From: Trueperaceae bacterium
GTDB taxonomy: Bacteria > Deinococcota > Deinococci > Deinococcales > Trueperaceae
NCBI GenBank assembly: GCA_965215565.1
Contig: CBDCDZ010000004.1
Location: 2,688,001-2,752,000 of the forward strand
Direction: 5' to 3'
Length of the DNA stretch: 64,000 nucleotides
Numbering within the stretch: position 1 is the first letter of the stretch; every line of letters begins with the position of its first letter. The notes below the pieces were generated by a model. It made no database searches. It was not told the origin of the DNA and was given only the letters and a program-made list of their open reading frames with translations. The position numbers and the translations under genes are program-made. Shown one piece after another: positions 52,253 to 63,328 of the stretch.

Positions 52253-52774
52253 GTGCTTGGTCTCGAGCATGACAAAGTCAAACTCAGCCCCTATCAAGAG
52301 GAATGGGCGAAACTATTTGAGGAAGAGAAAAAGCGGTTAGAAGAGGTCATCGGTGAGAACGTTTTAGATATTCAGCACATCGGCAGCACCGCCGTTCCCA
52401 GTCTCAAGGCTAAGCCTATTTTAGACATCGGGGTTGCAGTAGAAAACTTCGAAAAAGCGTTCGCGCTCGTCGCCCCTACCGAATCGCTCGGCTACACCTA
52501 CCGGGGCGAGAACGGCATCCCGCGTCGTCACTACTTTGTGAAAGGTCCACCCGATAAAAGGACGCACCACATTCATATGTTTGAGGAGGTCAACGAGGCG
52601 TGGGCAAAGCATCTACTGTTTCGTGACTACTTACGAACGCACCCGGAGACTGCCGCCGCGTACGGAACGCTCAAAGAAGACCTCGCCAAAAGGTATCCGA
52701 GAGACCGCGAGGCTTATACAGACGACAAGCACGAGTTTATTCAAGAGGTCTTAAACGAGGCCCTGGGTGCCTGA
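52253..52774 (+). CDS. GrpB family nucleotidyltransferase-like protein
   Basis: HIGSTAVP.L.AKPILDI, FRDYLR, Y..K..FI; GTG after GGAGGT. Confidence 0.92.
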   Translation: MLGLEHDKVKLSPYQEEWAKLFEEEKKRLEEVIGENVLDIQHIGSTAVPSLKAKPILDIGVAVENFEKAFALVAPTESLGYTYRGENGIPRRHYFVKGPPDKRTHHIHMFEEVNEAWAKHLLFRDYLRTHPETAAAYGTLKEDLAKRYPRDREAYTDDKHEFIQEVLNEALGA

Positions 52775-53288
52775 CTTCACCCAACCCAACGCCTTCGCCC
52801 TCTACACCGTCCTCTTCTTGCACTTCGACGGGCGCTTTTTACTGCTCCAACGCTCCCCGAATAAACGTATCGCGCCAGGGCGTTGGACGGGCGTGGGCGG
52901 CAGAGTCGAAGTGGACGAGATGAATGACCTTCGCACCTCCATGCTGCGCGAACTCAAAGAGGAAACAGACCTGACTGAAGACGACCTCTCGCACCTCGCG
53001 CTGCGCCGCGTGCTCTATCACAACCGCGTGAACGAACCTCTTACGGGGCTGCTCTACTACACGGCTGAACTCAAGAGGTATGCGCTACCGAAATGCACCG
53101 AGGGCACGCTGCACTGGAAAGCGCCAGAAGACTTCTCTAAGTTGGACATCATCGAAACGACGGACCAGGTTTTACCTCATCTCGTTGAAGACATGCGGCG
53201 TGACCCGGAAGGTGAAGCGCGCGTGCGCATTGGGGTGACGCACTATCAGGCGGATGGGACGCTCACCTCGCTGAGTTGGAGTGCGTGA
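52767..53288 (+). CDS. NUDIX hydrolase
   Basis: GGRVEVDE.....MLRELKEETDL Nudix box variant. Confidence 0.88.
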   Translation: MPDFTQPNAFALYTVLFLHFDGRFLLLQRSPNKRIAPGRWTGVGGRVEVDEMNDLRTSMLRELKEETDLTEDDLSHLALRRVLYHNRVNEPLTGLLYYTAELKRYALPKCTEGTLHWKAPEDFSKLDIIETTDQVLPHLVEDMRRDPEGEARVRIGVTHYQADGTLTSLSWSA

Positions 53289-53336
53289 TTTGATAGGGGG
53301 CTCGAGCCTTGGAATCAGTCGAGCCTCACCTCTTCT

Positions 53337-55220
53337 TTACCAATCAATCTCCAGCGTCCCGCGCCGATAGACTGCGCTCTCACGCACCTCACCGTAGTCG
53401 CTCGCTACACCTACACGCTCGGCGATGATCTCGAGCGCGGTAGGCAAGAGGTCCGTGAGGGCGAGCAGCTCGGCGTAGCTCGGCCTTTCGCTGGAGCTTT
53501 CGGTTTCGCTGAGGGCGAGATTCGCCGCGAACGCGAGCGGTTGACTGAAAAGCCCGATGAGGTCAGCTAAGCCCACAAGTTGCTCGCCGTACTCGCTGTA
53601 ACTCAGCGAGATAACCTCTTCGGGGCGGTCCGCAAGCGCACTTTGGAAGCTGCGGTTCGCGAAGATGTTGGCGTCGCCGTTAAAGATGTCAATAAGGTCT
53701 TCCATCGCCTCGGCGGGCGTGCTAACGACGAGGTAGTTGCCTAGAAAAGCCACGCCTATGTCCGTGTTGACGCTCGAGCGGTAGCGCGTGATTTCTACGC
53801 CTTCGTAGGTCACCGTCTCGGTAGCCACGTCGAAAAAAAGCTGCGAGGAAAACTCGTCTATGTCCATGTTGTCAGACGCCTCGAGCGCGAACGCCAACAC
53901 CTCACCGAGTTCCGCGAAGCCTGCCTCCGCCGCCTCGCGGCTCGTGATGGGTACGTAGAGAGCATTCGCTTGACCGTAGAAAAGCGTGCCTAAGTCGGGG
54001 CTGAAAGGCTCCAGCGTCAGCGTGTAGACTTCGCTGCCGAGCCAGTTGAAAAGGGCGGTGTCTAAGTCGAAGCCGAGTTCTTCGCGCAGAATCGCTTTGA
54101 TGTCCAAGGACTCGCCGGCGAGAGGTTCTAAGTCATTCAAAATACCTTGAAGGTAGTTGAAAATCGGCTCTAGCGCCACGTACTGCGCGTTCACCGCCAC
54201 GCTCGTTTCGGGTGCCAAGAAGGGCGAGGAGACCGCATAGGTATCGCAGAGTAGCAGCTCGGCGAGTTCGGCGTCGCCGCCTTCGGCGTTGACGAGGGCG
54301 AGCGATTCCGCCTCGAGCCCCTCCGAGGTTGCCTGAATTGACCCCGCGTACCCCTCTAAGGTGCGCAAAATCGCCAGACCGCGCTCGAACGCCACCTCCA
54401 TCTCGGGACCGTCCACGAACAAGCCGCCGAAGTTCTCGGCGATCTGCGCGAGCCCCGCTAAGTTGAGGCTCAAACTCACGCCGTCCACCTCTAAAACCTC
54501 GCTCGCCTCGCTGTAGAGCCTGCCCTGTGCGAAGTTCGCCTCGCTGTTACCTTGCGCGCGGCGCACCACGCCGCGCACCACTTCGGGGTTGCTGCCTGCG
54601 AAAAAGAGGTTATCTAAACGTCCGATGATGACCGGGAAGTCGCCACCGTCGCCGATGACGTAGAGCGGCACGCCGCCCTGCTCGAGCCGCACCACCTCGG
54701 TCTCGCGCTCCGCGCAGGTGACGACGATCTCTTGTATCTCAGCGAAGAGGTCTGCCACCTCTTCGTCTTGGGTTCTCATAAGCGCGGTCGCGGCGGGTAC
54801 GGGGTTGAAGGGACTGACGCTGACGCTCAGGAGCGCGTCCGAAGCAAATTCCACCTCCTCGCTGAAGCGCTCCTCTAGCAGTTCAGGGCAAACCTCCCCC
54901 AGCAGCGCCTGCCCTTCCTCTTGAAAGTCCGCGCCACCTGAAAGCTCGCTAAGGATATCGCTCAGGTCCGCGAAATCGCCGGAGAGGTCGCTGTCCTCCA
55001 AATATGTCGCAAGTTGCTGTAAGGTCTCGCCCGCTTGCTCCCACTCGAGCGCAGCCAAGTCCTCTCGCAAGGCGTTCTGCTGCGCGTCGGACCCTGAGCC
55101 CGAAACCTTGTAGCCGAGCGTCAGCACCGTCTCGGCGGGGGCGAGTTCAGCGAGAGGTTGGGCGAAGGTATAAGGAAGTGCAAGCGTGAGAAAAGCGCAG
55201 GTCAGCAAGAATCGCGTCAT
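53337..55220 (-). CDS. Large acidic secreted protein (DUF3352-like)
   Basis: Signal peptide ending AQPLAELAP; LFNWLGSE; very D/E rich. Confidence 0.7.
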   Translation of the reverse strand: MTRFLLTCAFLTLALPYTFAQPLAELAPAETVLTLGYKVSGSGSDAQQNALREDLAALEWEQAGETLQQLATYLEDSDLSGDFADLSDILSELSGGADFQEEGQALLGEVCPELLEERFSEEVEFASDALLSVSVSPFNPVPAATALMRTQDEEVADLFAEIQEIVVTCAERETEVVRLEQGGVPLYVIGDGGDFPVIIGRLDNLFFAGSNPEVVRGVVRRAQGNSEANFAQGRLYSEASEVLEVDGVSLSLNLAGLAQIAENFGGLFVDGPEMEVAFERGLAILRTLEGYAGSIQATSEGLEAESLALVNAEGGDAELAELLLCDTYAVSSPFLAPETSVAVNAQYVALEPIFNYLQGILNDLEPLAGESLDIKAILREELGFDLDTALFNWLGSEVYTLTLEPFSPDLGTLFYGQANALYVPITSREAAEAGFAELGEVLAFALEASDNMDIDEFSSQLFFDVATETVTYEGVEITRYRSSVNTDIGVAFLGNYLVVSTPAEAMEDLIDIFNGDANIFANRSFQSALADRPEEVISLSYSEYGEQLVGLADLIGLFSQPLAFAANLALSETESSSERPSYAELLALTDLLPTALEIIAERVGVASDYGEVRESAVYRRGTLEIDW

Positions 55221-55308
55221 AGTTGGGGTCTCCTAGAGGTTACTAAGTCGCCCTACGCTAACACGACTTTGAGAGTAACTAGCGTGAAGTTTTCGGGGCG
55301 TTGAGCCG

Positions 55309-55677
55309 TTAGGACGGCGCGCCTTCCTCCACTCGGCGCGGCTCCACGCCTTCGGGTGTGACGATCCACGCCACGCCCGGCACGTTTGTGGAGGTGAAGC
55401 GGAGCGTATAAGAGTCTTCAGTTGTCGGCTCCGCGAGCACCCAGCGCACGCCCTGGGGCACGTCTAAGTTGATCAGCACATTCGCGGTGTAGACGCCCTC
55501 TTCGAGTTTCACCAGCTCCATGCGGTGAAAGGCGGCGGTGGCGACGCGCTCGACCTCTTGGGCGGCGGGGCTCTCGAGGGTCAGCCCCGTTTCCGGGTTC
55601 GTCGTCGCCTCTTGCGTGCTCGGCGCACAAGCCGCGAGGAGAAGTAAAGAAGCTGAAAGTATAAGAAGTCTATTCAT
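55309..55677 (-). CDS. Lipoprotein of unknown function
   Basis: Lipobox LLLAACAP; TATGAT 6 nt before ATG. Confidence 0.8.
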   Translation of the reverse strand: MNRLLILSASLLLLAACAPSTQEATTNPETGLTLESPAAQEVERVATAAFHRMELVKLEEGVYTANVLINLDVPQGVRWVLAEPTTEDSYTLRFTSTNVPGVAWIVTPEGVEPRRVEEGAPS

Positions 55678-55709
55678 AGCTCAATCATAGCGGGTTTTAA
55701 TGAAAAATA

Positions 55710-55760
55710 AGCAATGAGAAACGAGCAATGAGCAAAAACCAAAGTCTTTCTACTCATTGC
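55710..55760. repeat. (GCAATGA)-type heptamer repeat overlapping a stop codon
   Basis: AGCAATGAGAAACGAGCAATGAGC...ACTCATTGCT. Confidence 0.65.
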
Positions 55761-56401
55761 TGCATCGGCGCAAGCCCCAGCCGCACGATATACCTCTGCG
55801 CGCCGCGCTTCTGCTGGTAGCGCTTTAAGAGGTCGAACATCTCGCGCTGCAACGCTTTGGCGTCCTCAAAGTCGAGGTACACGGCGTCGCGCCAAGCGGA
55901 GAGGACGGCGGGGTCGTCGGAGGCTAGCGTTGTGTGATTTTGCTCGGGCGTGAGCGCCATCTGCACCTGCAAGCGTCCCCTCGCGTCCCGGTAGATGCGC
56001 GTGCCGTACGTCTCCACCCTTTCCAGCCGCGCGCGCACCACATTACGCCGCAAGAGGTCTTGCCAGTAGGCGTCGCGCTCCGCCAAAGCCGCCTCCAAAG
56101 ACTCCGCCGACGTCGCCTCGAAGGGGACGAAAAAGCCATCCGCTTTACTTCTATAAACTTTAACCGCGCGCCCCTGGCGCGGCTCTTCGCGCACAACCTC
56201 GACGAGACCGAGCCTCAGAAAGCGCCGAACCCGCGATAAGACCGTGTTCGGCTTCTCGCCCGTCTCGCGCGCCACCTCTTTAACGGTGACGTCGCGAGCC
56301 AAAAACGGCTCCAACTGTCGCAACGTGTGAGGGTTGGTCAGAACGGCGGCGGCTTCGGGGTTGTGAACGCTCAAGATGCTGGGTGATTTTTGCTCTTCCA
56401 T
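55754..56401 (-). CDS. Winged-helix (ArsR-like) DNA-binding protein
   Basis: TVKEVARETG..NTVL.RVRR..LGLVEV...R.GRAVKVY. Confidence 0.8.
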   Translation of the reverse strand: MEEQKSPSILSVHNPEAAAVLTNPHTLRQLEPFLARDVTVKEVARETGEKPNTVLSRVRRFLRLGLVEVVREEPRQGRAVKVYRSKADGFFVPFEATSAESLEAALAERDAYWQDLLRRNVVRARLERVETYGTRIYRDARGRLQVQMALTPEQNHTTLASDDPAVLSAWRDAVYLDFEDAKALQREMFDLLKRYQQKRGAQRYIVRLGLAPMQQ

Positions 56402-56442
56402 ATCATCTAGCTTACATCCAAAATAAGATACGGAGGCGAGAG

Positions 56443-57144
56443 GTGAATCTCACTGAGGAGAAAATCAAACAGCAGATCGAATACTACCGCGCTAGGGCGT
56501 CCGAATACGATGAGTGGTTCCTGCGGCGAGGGCGTTACGACAGGGGCGAAGTGCATAAAACGCAGTGGTTTGAAGAGGTGGCGCAACTCCAAAAGGTGTT
56601 AGAGGAATTTAAGCCTAAGGGCGACGTGCTCGAGCTTGCGTGCGGTACGGGTTGGTGGACGCAACATTTAGCCCCTTACGCCGAGACGCTCACGGCGGTG
56701 GATGCGTCCGAAGAGGTGTTAGCGCTAAACCGTCAGCGCGTCCAGTCCGACAGGGCGGAGTACGTCCAAGCTGACCTCTTCACCTGGCTAGGGCAAGCTG
56801 AGGGGAGGTTCGACACGGTTTTCTTCAGTTTTTGGCTCTCGCACGTGCCGCCTGAACGCTTCGACCTCTTCTGGGATTCTCTACATAACTGGCTGAATCC
56901 CGGCGGGCGCATCTTTCTGATTGATTCGCTCTACGAAGCCCAGAGTACGGCTAAAGACCAGTCTTTGAGAGGTAGGGATGATGAGGTTGTCACGCGCCGC
57001 CTTAATAATGGGCAGACCTTTGACATCGTCAAGGTGTTTTATCAGCCTGAGGAGTTGGAGGGGAGGCTCGAGTCCTTGGGCTGGAGCGCGGACGTTTCGC
57101 GAACTACGCAGTTTTTTCTTTATGCCACCGCAGAGCCCAAATGA
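56443..57144 (+). CDS. Class I SAM-dependent methyltransferase
   Basis: VLELACGTG.WT, VDAS, FWLSHVP, L.PGG. Confidence 0.92.
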   Translation: MNLTEEKIKQQIEYYRARASEYDEWFLRRGRYDRGEVHKTQWFEEVAQLQKVLEEFKPKGDVLELACGTGWWTQHLAPYAETLTAVDASEEVLALNRQRVQSDRAEYVQADLFTWLGQAEGRFDTVFFSFWLSHVPPERFDLFWDSLHNWLNPGGRIFLIDSLYEAQSTAKDQSLRGRDDEVVTRRLNNGQTFDIVKVFYQPEELEGRLESLGWSADVSRTTQFFLYATAEPK

Positions 57145-57551
57145 TAAACGCTAAATCTATCAGAGAAAAACTCTCAGCTTCCAACTTGCACGCTGCTCGT
57201 CTGGCTATACAAGCGCTCGATGATGGCGGTCAAATTGAAACAGTAGAGAGCGAAATAGATTGTGAATCGCTCCTACGAACCTATCGTATTCGCCTAGAAC
57301 ATCTAAAGCAGTTTGACTCACCTCACGCTCGAGACCTTAGTAAAACCACAGCAGAATTTGTCGCTAACTTAGAATCTTATCAAGGAAGCAAAGTCCATTC
57401 TGCTACCATTCAAGGCAACAGAGCGCGAGAATATTTGCTTTTTCTAACTCAAGACCTCAGTGTTATTGGCTGCATACAGACAGTATCCAAGCTCAAGTTG
57501 AGCGAAGATGAATGGCTCGAGTTGTGGGGGTTGAACCCGGAAGAAGCGTAA
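57141..57551 (+). CDS. Lower-GC hypothetical protein
   Basis: ATGA overlap with the previous gene; no recognisable motif. Confidence 0.65.
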   Translation: MINAKSIREKLSASNLHAARLAIQALDDGGQIETVESEIDCESLLRTYRIRLEHLKQFDSPHARDLSKTTAEFVANLESYQGSKVHSATIQGNRAREYLLFLTQDLSVIGCIQTVSKLKLSEDEWLELWGLNPEEA

Positions 57552-57690
57552 AACCTGTGTAAAGTGAAGAACTTCACCACCAAGTCAAGTGTCAAAGTCG
57601 CGGTAAGATGGATAAAACTAAGACAGGTAAACACCGCAAATCCCAGTTCTCTACCTCATCAAACTGACTCAAGAAGCAAGGAGTTTCTAC

Positions 57691-60426
57691 ATGGCTGACC
57701 TCAAACCCAAAAACTCATTCGACACGAGAGAAACCTTTGACACCGGCTCGGGCGAAGCGTACCTCTACCGCCTCTCCAAACTCAAAGAGGACGGGCACGG
57801 CGACGTGGACAAGCTGCCCTTTTCGATCAAGGTGCTCCTAGAGTCGCTGCTGCGCAACGAAAACGGCTACGACGTGACCGAGGAGCACATCAAGGGTCTG
57901 GCTGCCTACAACGCGAAAGACCCCGCGAAAGAGGAGATTCCCTTTAAGCCCGCGCGCGTTATCTTGCAGGACTTCACGGGCGTGCCTGCTGTTGTTGACT
58001 TAGCCGCGCTCCGCAGCGCGATGGACCGCTTGGGCGGTGACCCCAAGCTCATCAACCCGCAGATTCCGGTGGACTTAGTCATCGACCACTCGGTTCAGGT
58101 AGACGAGTACGACTCGCCGCTTGCGCTCGCCACGAACGCCACCATCGAGTTCGAGCGCAACCGCGAGCGCTACGAGTTCTTGCGTTGGGGACAAGCCGCG
58201 TTCGAGAACTTTGGCGTGGTGCCGCCCGCCTCGGGCATCGTCCACCAGGTCAATTTGGAGTACATTGCGAAGGGTGTACAGAGCGCACCCCTAGAGGGTA
58301 AAGAGGTCGTCTACCCCGACTCCTTGGTCGGCACGGACTCGCACACCACCATGATCAACGGGCTCGGCGTGGTCGGTTGGGGCGTCGGCGGCATCGAGGC
58401 GGAAGCGGTCATGCTGGGTCAGCCCATCTATATGCTCACGCCCGAAGTCGTCGGCTTCAAGGTCACGGGTAAGCTGCCCGAAGGCTCCACCGCGACGGAC
58501 TTGGCTCTAGTCGTCACGCAGATGCTCCGCCAAAAAGGAGTGGTGGGCAAATTCGTCGAGTTCTACGGCTCCGGGCTCTCCTCCATGACACTGCCAGACC
58601 GCGCCACGATTGCGAACATGGCTCCCGAGTACGGCGCGACGATGGGCTTTTTCCCGGTGGACGAGGAGACCCTGCGCTACCTCCGTCAGACCGGACGCTT
58701 GGACGACGAGGTCGAAGCGGTGGAGCGTTACAGCAAGGCGCAAGGGCTCTTCCGCACCGACGACACGCCCGACCCGGAGTTTTTGAACACTTTAGCGCTT
58801 GACCTCTCCACCGTCCAGCCTTCGTTAGCCGGGCCGAAACGCCCCCAAGACCGCATCCTGCTTTCAGATATGAAAAAGACCTTCCAAGAGGACCTGCGCA
58901 AACCTGCTGTAGAGCGCGGTTTCAACCTCTCGGAAGAGGCATTGGAGAACACTGGCACGCTCACTATGAAAGACCAAGAGGTCACGCTCCGTCACGGCGA
59001 CGTGGTCATCGCCGCCATCACAAGCTGCACGAACACCTCGAACCCGTCTGTGATGCTCGCGGCGGGCTTAGTGGCGAAAAAGGCGGCGGAGGCGGGCTTG
59101 AAGGTCAAGCCTTATGTCAAAACCTCGCTCGCGCCCGGCTCGAAAGTAGTGACGGAATACTTGAACGACACCGGGCTCATGCCGCACTTGGAGCAGATGG
59201 GCTTCTACTTGGTCGGCTACGGCTGCACCACCTGTATCGGCAACTCGGGACCGCTGCCTGAGCCTGTCGTGGAAGCCATCCAAGAGGGCGACTTGGTCGC
59301 GGCGAGCGTGCTCTCGGGCAACCGCAATTTCGAGGGACGTATCAACCCGCACGTCAAAGCCAACTACCTCGCCTCGCCCCCTCTTGTGGTGGCGTATGCG
59401 ATTGCAGGGACGGTGGATATCGACCTCTCTACCGAACCACTCGGTCGAGGTAAGGATGGTCAAGATGTCTACCTAGCCGACATCTGGCCCTCCTACGCCG
59501 ACATCACCGAAGGCATGAACGCCGCGATGAAGCCCGAGACCTTCAAGAAGATGTACGACGGCATCGAGCAGTCGAACGAGGCGTGGAACGAGATTCCGGT
59601 CAAGGGCGGCGAGCTGTTCCAGTGGGAAGAAGAGAGCACCTACATTCAAGAGCCCCCCTTCTTCGTCGGCATGAGCCCGGAGCCCGAGCCTATCCAACCG
59701 ATCGAGGACGCCCGCGTGCTCGTCAAGGTGGGCGATTCGGTCACGACGGACCACATCTCGCCAGCGGGCGCGATCGCGAAAGATTCACCGGCGGGCGAAT
59801 ACCTGATGTCCAAAGACGTCGCGCCCAAAGACTTCAACTCTTACGGCTCTCGGCGCGGCAACGACCGCGTGATGACGCGCGGCACCTTTGCGAATATTCG
59901 CCTCAAGAACCAGATGGCTCCCGGTACGGAGGGCGGCTACACGACACACCTGCCAACGGATGAGGTCATGAGCATCTATGAGGCGTCCTTGCGCTACGGC
60001 GGCGCGGAAACGCCCACCATCGTGCTCGCAGGGAACGACTACGGGATGGGCTCATCGCGCGACTGGGCCGCGAAAGGCACCTTCCTCTTGGGCGCGAAAG
60101 CCGTCATCGCTGAGTCTTACGAGCGTATCCACCGCAGCAACCTCATTGGCATGGGCGTGTTGCCGCTTCAGTTCGCAGACGGGGAGAACGCTGAGTCGCT
60201 AGGGCTCACGGGCAAGGAGCACTTCACCATCCATATCGACGATGACCTCAAACCGAGTCAAGAGGTTGTAGTGGACGTGGTGAAAGAGGACGGCGGCGAG
60301 GTGCAATTCACCGCGCTGTGCCGCCTGGACACACCCGTTGAAGTGGACTACTACCGCAACGGCGGGATTTTGCAGACCGTCTTACGTTCGATTTTGCAGA
60401 GTGCGGAGGAAACGGCGAAGGCGTAA
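57691..60426 (+). CDS. acnA: Aconitate hydratase A
   Basis: [40 protein letters not shown]. Confidence 0.99.
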   Translation: MADLKPKNSFDTRETFDTGSGEAYLYRLSKLKEDGHGDVDKLPFSIKVLLESLLRNENGYDVTEEHIKGLAAYNAKDPAKEEIPFKPARVILQDFTGVPAVVDLAALRSAMDRLGGDPKLINPQIPVDLVIDHSVQVDEYDSPLALATNATIEFERNRERYEFLRWGQAAFENFGVVPPASGIVHQVNLEYIAKGVQSAPLEGKEVVYPDSLVGTDSHTTMINGLGVVGWGVGGIEAEAVMLGQPIYMLTPEVVGFKVTGKLPEGSTATDLALVVTQMLRQKGVVGKFVEFYGSGLSSMTLPDRATIANMAPEYGATMGFFPVDEETLRYLRQTGRLDDEVEAVERYSKAQGLFRTDDTPDPEFLNTLALDLSTVQPSLAGPKRPQDRILLSDMKKTFQEDLRKPAVERGFNLSEEALENTGTLTMKDQEVTLRHGDVVIAAITSCTNTSNPSVMLAAGLVAKKAAEAGLKVKPYVKTSLAPGSKVVTEYLNDTGLMPHLEQMGFYLVGYGCTTCIGNSGPLPEPVVEAIQEGDLVAASVLSGNRNFEGRINPHVKANYLASPPLVVAYAIAGTVDIDLSTEPLGRGKDGQDVYLADIWPSYADITEGMNAAMKPETFKKMYDGIEQSNEAWNEIPVKGGELFQWEEESTYIQEPPFFVGMSPEPEPIQPIEDARVLVKVGDSVTTDHISPAGAIAKDSPAGEYLMSKDVAPKDFNSYGSRRGNDRVMTRGTFANIRLKNQMAPGTEGGYTTHLPTDEVMSIYEASLRYGGAETPTIVLAGNDYGMGSSRDWAAKGTFLLGAKAVIAESYERIHRSNLIGMGVLPLQFADGENAESLGLTGKEHFTIHIDDDLKPSQEVVVDVVKEDGGEVQFTALCRLDTPVEVDYYRNGGILQTVLRSILQSAEETAKA

Positions 60427-60520
60427 CAGCAGGTATCATCTGGTCACAGAAGCTCCCCATCTATGAGGCGGTGCTCAACATGTAACTGCAAGAGATGATA
60501 TCTGCGGGGCTCAATCTCAG
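60427..60520 (-). mobile_element. MITE-family copy starting at the acnA stop, ending at a REP-like palindrome
   Basis: CAGCAGGTATCATCTGGTC...GAGATGATATCTGCG..CTCAG. Confidence 0.78.
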
Positions 60521-60549
60521 GAGGGGCGATTCACGAGTCGCCCCTCCTG
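60518..60549. repeat. REP-like palindrome
   Basis: CAGGAGGGGCGATTCACGAGTCGCCCCTCCTG, similar to 16507-16537. Confidence 0.7.
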
Positions 60550-60646
60550 CTTGTTTGTGAAAATTTCGCGGCGAGAGGCTGTGTGGGTCTTTCATACTTG
60601 AGAGAGGTACGTTTTTGTACCTAAATCTCGAGCTTAGGAACCTACT

Positions 60647-61225
60647 ATGATAAGACCTCTTGTTGCCGCGTCCGCTTTTCTTCTCCTGCTTGCCTCTTGC
60701 GCTCCGTCGGTAAGTTCTTCTAATTACGCAGAACAAATTTCTGAAAACCACTATCGTTACATTTCTACGCTCGGCATAAAAGAACCTAAACGGAATGTCG
60801 TGCCTGTGCGCGCAGGTACGACGCTTCTCTTCGAAGACGCATTCGCAATTAGAGGTATTATTCTTGCTAAAGCGCCCGTAAGGAATAAGAGGAGCGATAC
60901 TCTTATCCACAACACAACAAACGAGTACGAACAAAAACGGACGAAAGCACCTAGAGGGTGGGGAGCGCAGCTCAAAGACTCCCGGACGGTAGTTGATTTC
61001 AATTCAACTGTGAAAGCACCATCTGGTTGGCTTGAAGGACCTTATGAGGTATATATGGGTGGCGGTTCTAAAATAGAGAAAAACGGCACAATCATTTATA
61101 GCCATATCATCGAAGTTTCTGTACCAAAAGAGGCGCAGCCTGGACGGTATCCAGTTGAGGTTAGGTACCGTGGAAAAGGTAACAGAGAAGATAGGTCCAC
61201 TAACTTCATCGTCGAAGTCCTCTAA
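60647..61225 (+). CDS. Lower-GC lipoprotein of unknown function
   Basis: Lipobox LLLASCAP; Ig-like C-terminus VP..AQPGRY.V. Confidence 0.75.
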   Translation: MIRPLVAASAFLLLLASCAPSVSSSNYAEQISENHYRYISTLGIKEPKRNVVPVRAGTTLLFEDAFAIRGIILAKAPVRNKRSDTLIHNTTNEYEQKRTKAPRGWGAQLKDSRTVVDFNSTVKAPSGWLEGPYEVYMGGGSKIEKNGTIIYSHIIEVSVPKEAQPGRYPVEVRYRGKGNREDRSTNFIVEVL

Positions 61226-61226
61226 T

Positions 61227-61682
61227 TCACTCCCGGTGATACGGATGCCCTGCGCGAATCGTCTCCAAACGGTAAAGTTGCTCTAACAAAATAAGCCTCG
61301 AGAGTTCGTGCGGCAGCGTCAGCTTGGATAAACTCCACGACTCGTTCACGGCTCCTTTAACCTCACCACTCAGCCCTTCCGCCCCGCCGATGAGCAAACT
61401 AATTTGACCAACCGATTGATTTTCCAAGGTTGTAATGCGCTCGGCAAGCTCGGTCGAGCGCCTTTCTTTGCCGCGCTCGTCCAGGGCGATGAGGTAGCCG
61501 CTCGAGGTTCTAAGCAGCGCCTCACCCTCTTGCGCCACCACCTCTTCGGCGCGTCCCTTACCCTCTTTGAGTTCCACCACGTCGACTTTGGCGTACTTCT
61601 CCAACCGCCCCAAAAAGTGCCGACACCCCTCACGGACGAAGCCGCGTTTGAGGTGTCCGATGGTGACGAGTTGGTATTTCAT
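61227..61682 (-). CDS. rlmH: 23S rRNA pseudouridine-1915 N3-methyltransferase
   Basis: LDERGK, IGGAEG, SLSKLTLPHEL.R..LLEQLYR, GHPYHRE. Confidence 0.97.
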   Translation of the reverse strand: MKYQLVTIGHLKRGFVREGCRHFLGRLEKYAKVDVVELKEGKGRAEEVVAQEGEALLRTSSGYLIALDERGKERRSTELAERITTLENQSVGQISLLIGGAEGLSGEVKGAVNESWSLSKLTLPHELSRLILLEQLYRLETIRAGHPYHRE

Positions 61683-61683
61683 A

Positions 61684-61812
61684 CAGCAGGTATACCCGCT
61701 CCGCAGGGCACTTTCATCTGGTCAGAAACACTCTCACCACAAAGAACACCGACTGGCACGCACATTTTAGGATAATATTTGCGCTCAAATGTTCTAAGTG
61801 GAGTTGCCGATA
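61684..61812 (-). mobile_element. MITE-family copy with a 21-nt insert, between thyX and rlmH
   Basis: CAGCAGGTA[TACCCGCTCCGCAGGGCACTT]TCATCTGGTC...GCACGCACATT..GATAATATTTGCG. Confidence 0.78.
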
Positions 61813-61827
61813 GATTAACGAGCAAAT

Positions 61828-62712
61828 TCAAGTGGGCGTCGGCTCCTTCTCTGCTTCTTGCTCCTTACTTCCCACCTCTAACTTCTCCAGCAACTCCCGC
61901 CGCCGCGACTTGCGCATGTCGCTCGCCGCCAACACCTCGTCTAACTTGTCCCTGTCTAGCGCCCCCTGCAAAAGGGCTAACTCACCTCTCGAGAAACTCC
62001 GTCCATATAAGATGTGCTCTTCGAACGCTTCATAGGCTAGGGGCGCAACCGCCTTCACCATCTCCGCCATCACCTCGCCGTAGACGCGAATCTCATACTG
62101 GGCGTGGCTGTCTAGGCGCAGCCGCAAAAAATGGAAGAGGTTGTTGAGGTCGATTTGCCAGTACATCTCGGTGTAGAGGCTTAAAGGTAGGTTGATGCGG
62201 GCGAGTTCGCGGGCTACATCGTCATCCAAGAGGTCTTGGTAGTGGCTGTAGGCGTTTCTCTGATCATTTTGAAGCGTGCGAACGACTCGTGACTGGAGTT
62301 CCGCCGGGACTTCGTCCGCTGAGCCCTGCTTGTTCGCCCTACTCTGCGCCTGCACGCGCCCCGGCTCCGGCGCGTAGAACTCGTCTTTCATGACGCTGTA
62401 GCGCCCGCTGATTTCATTTAGACGCGCCGTGCGGTGGCGAATCCACTGCCGCGCGACGAAGATGGGCATTTTGAGGTGAAAGGTCAAGATGACCTGCTCG
62501 AAGGGGGAGGTGTGCTTGTGGCGCAAGAGGTAGTCGATCAAAGTAGCGTCTTCGCGCACGGTTTTGGTGCCTTCGCCGTAGGAGACCCGCGCCGCCTGTA
62601 CGATGCGCGCGTCGCCGCCCAAATAATCGACTAAGCGCACGAAGCCCTTGTCGAGCACGCGGTACTCCTGGTCTAAAATTGCGTCGGCGGTGTCTACGCG
62701 GAGGTGAGCCAT
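61828..62712 (-). CDS. thyX: FAD-dependent thymidylate synthase
   Basis: AARVSY, HTSPFE, RQWIRHRTARLNEISGRY, ARELAR, HAQYEIR. Confidence 0.97.
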   Translation of the reverse strand: MAHLRVDTADAILDQEYRVLDKGFVRLVDYLGGDARIVQAARVSYGEGTKTVREDATLIDYLLRHKHTSPFEQVILTFHLKMPIFVARQWIRHRTARLNEISGRYSVMKDEFYAPEPGRVQAQSRANKQGSADEVPAELQSRVVRTLQNDQRNAYSHYQDLLDDDVARELARINLPLSLYTEMYWQIDLNNLFHFLRLRLDSHAQYEIRVYGEVMAEMVKAVAPLAYEAFEEHILYGRSFSRGELALLQGALDRDKLDEVLAASDMRKSRRRELLEKLEVGSKEQEAEKEPTPT

Positions 62713-63299
62713 ATGTCAATTCTAACCCGGCATGTCTGATGGTGTTTCGAAACCGTCGTGCGAATTGTGCGGGATGGAGGGCTCGAGCCTACACTTGAGA
62801 ATGTTCTGCAGTTAAAGGTCCTAAGTACTTGCACCCATTTAAGAATCAGAAACGCTCTCAATATGTGAATTTCGGCGGCGCTACTCGCTAATTCTGTAGG
62901 AGTACTTACCGTCAAATGTTCTACCGTCAGAAGGTGCTGAAGCGCGCCTTGAACGGCACCCAACCCTTTCTTTGTACACGTTGTACTTTTTCGTATATTC
63001 ACGCTAAACAGCAGGAACAGAGAACTCGAGCTTCCCCGAGTTGTAGTTCTATGCTAGCTTCGCATATGCGGTGTAACATACTAGCCAAGCACTAAATACT
63101 TATAAAAGTAGGGAGAGTAGATTACAACTATGCCGTGCTCGTCGCAAAAACGCTTATGAGAGCGTGTTCATCAAGCGATGAGGGTTTTCTCACAGATGAA
63201 GGCTCTTCATGAAGGGCGTAAAGGGTCACGCTCCGCTGCACACACGCTTTTGCCCATTGTGGCGGGGAAAACGCGCTCTCACCTCTATTTCATAGGGGT

Positions 63300-63328
63300 T
63301 TGACAGATATATATGCCTATGAAATACT
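63300..63328 (+). promoter_or_regulatory. sigma70 promoter for the S-layer gene
   Basis: TTGACA 63300-63305, 17 nt, TG-n-AATACT. Confidence 0.65.
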
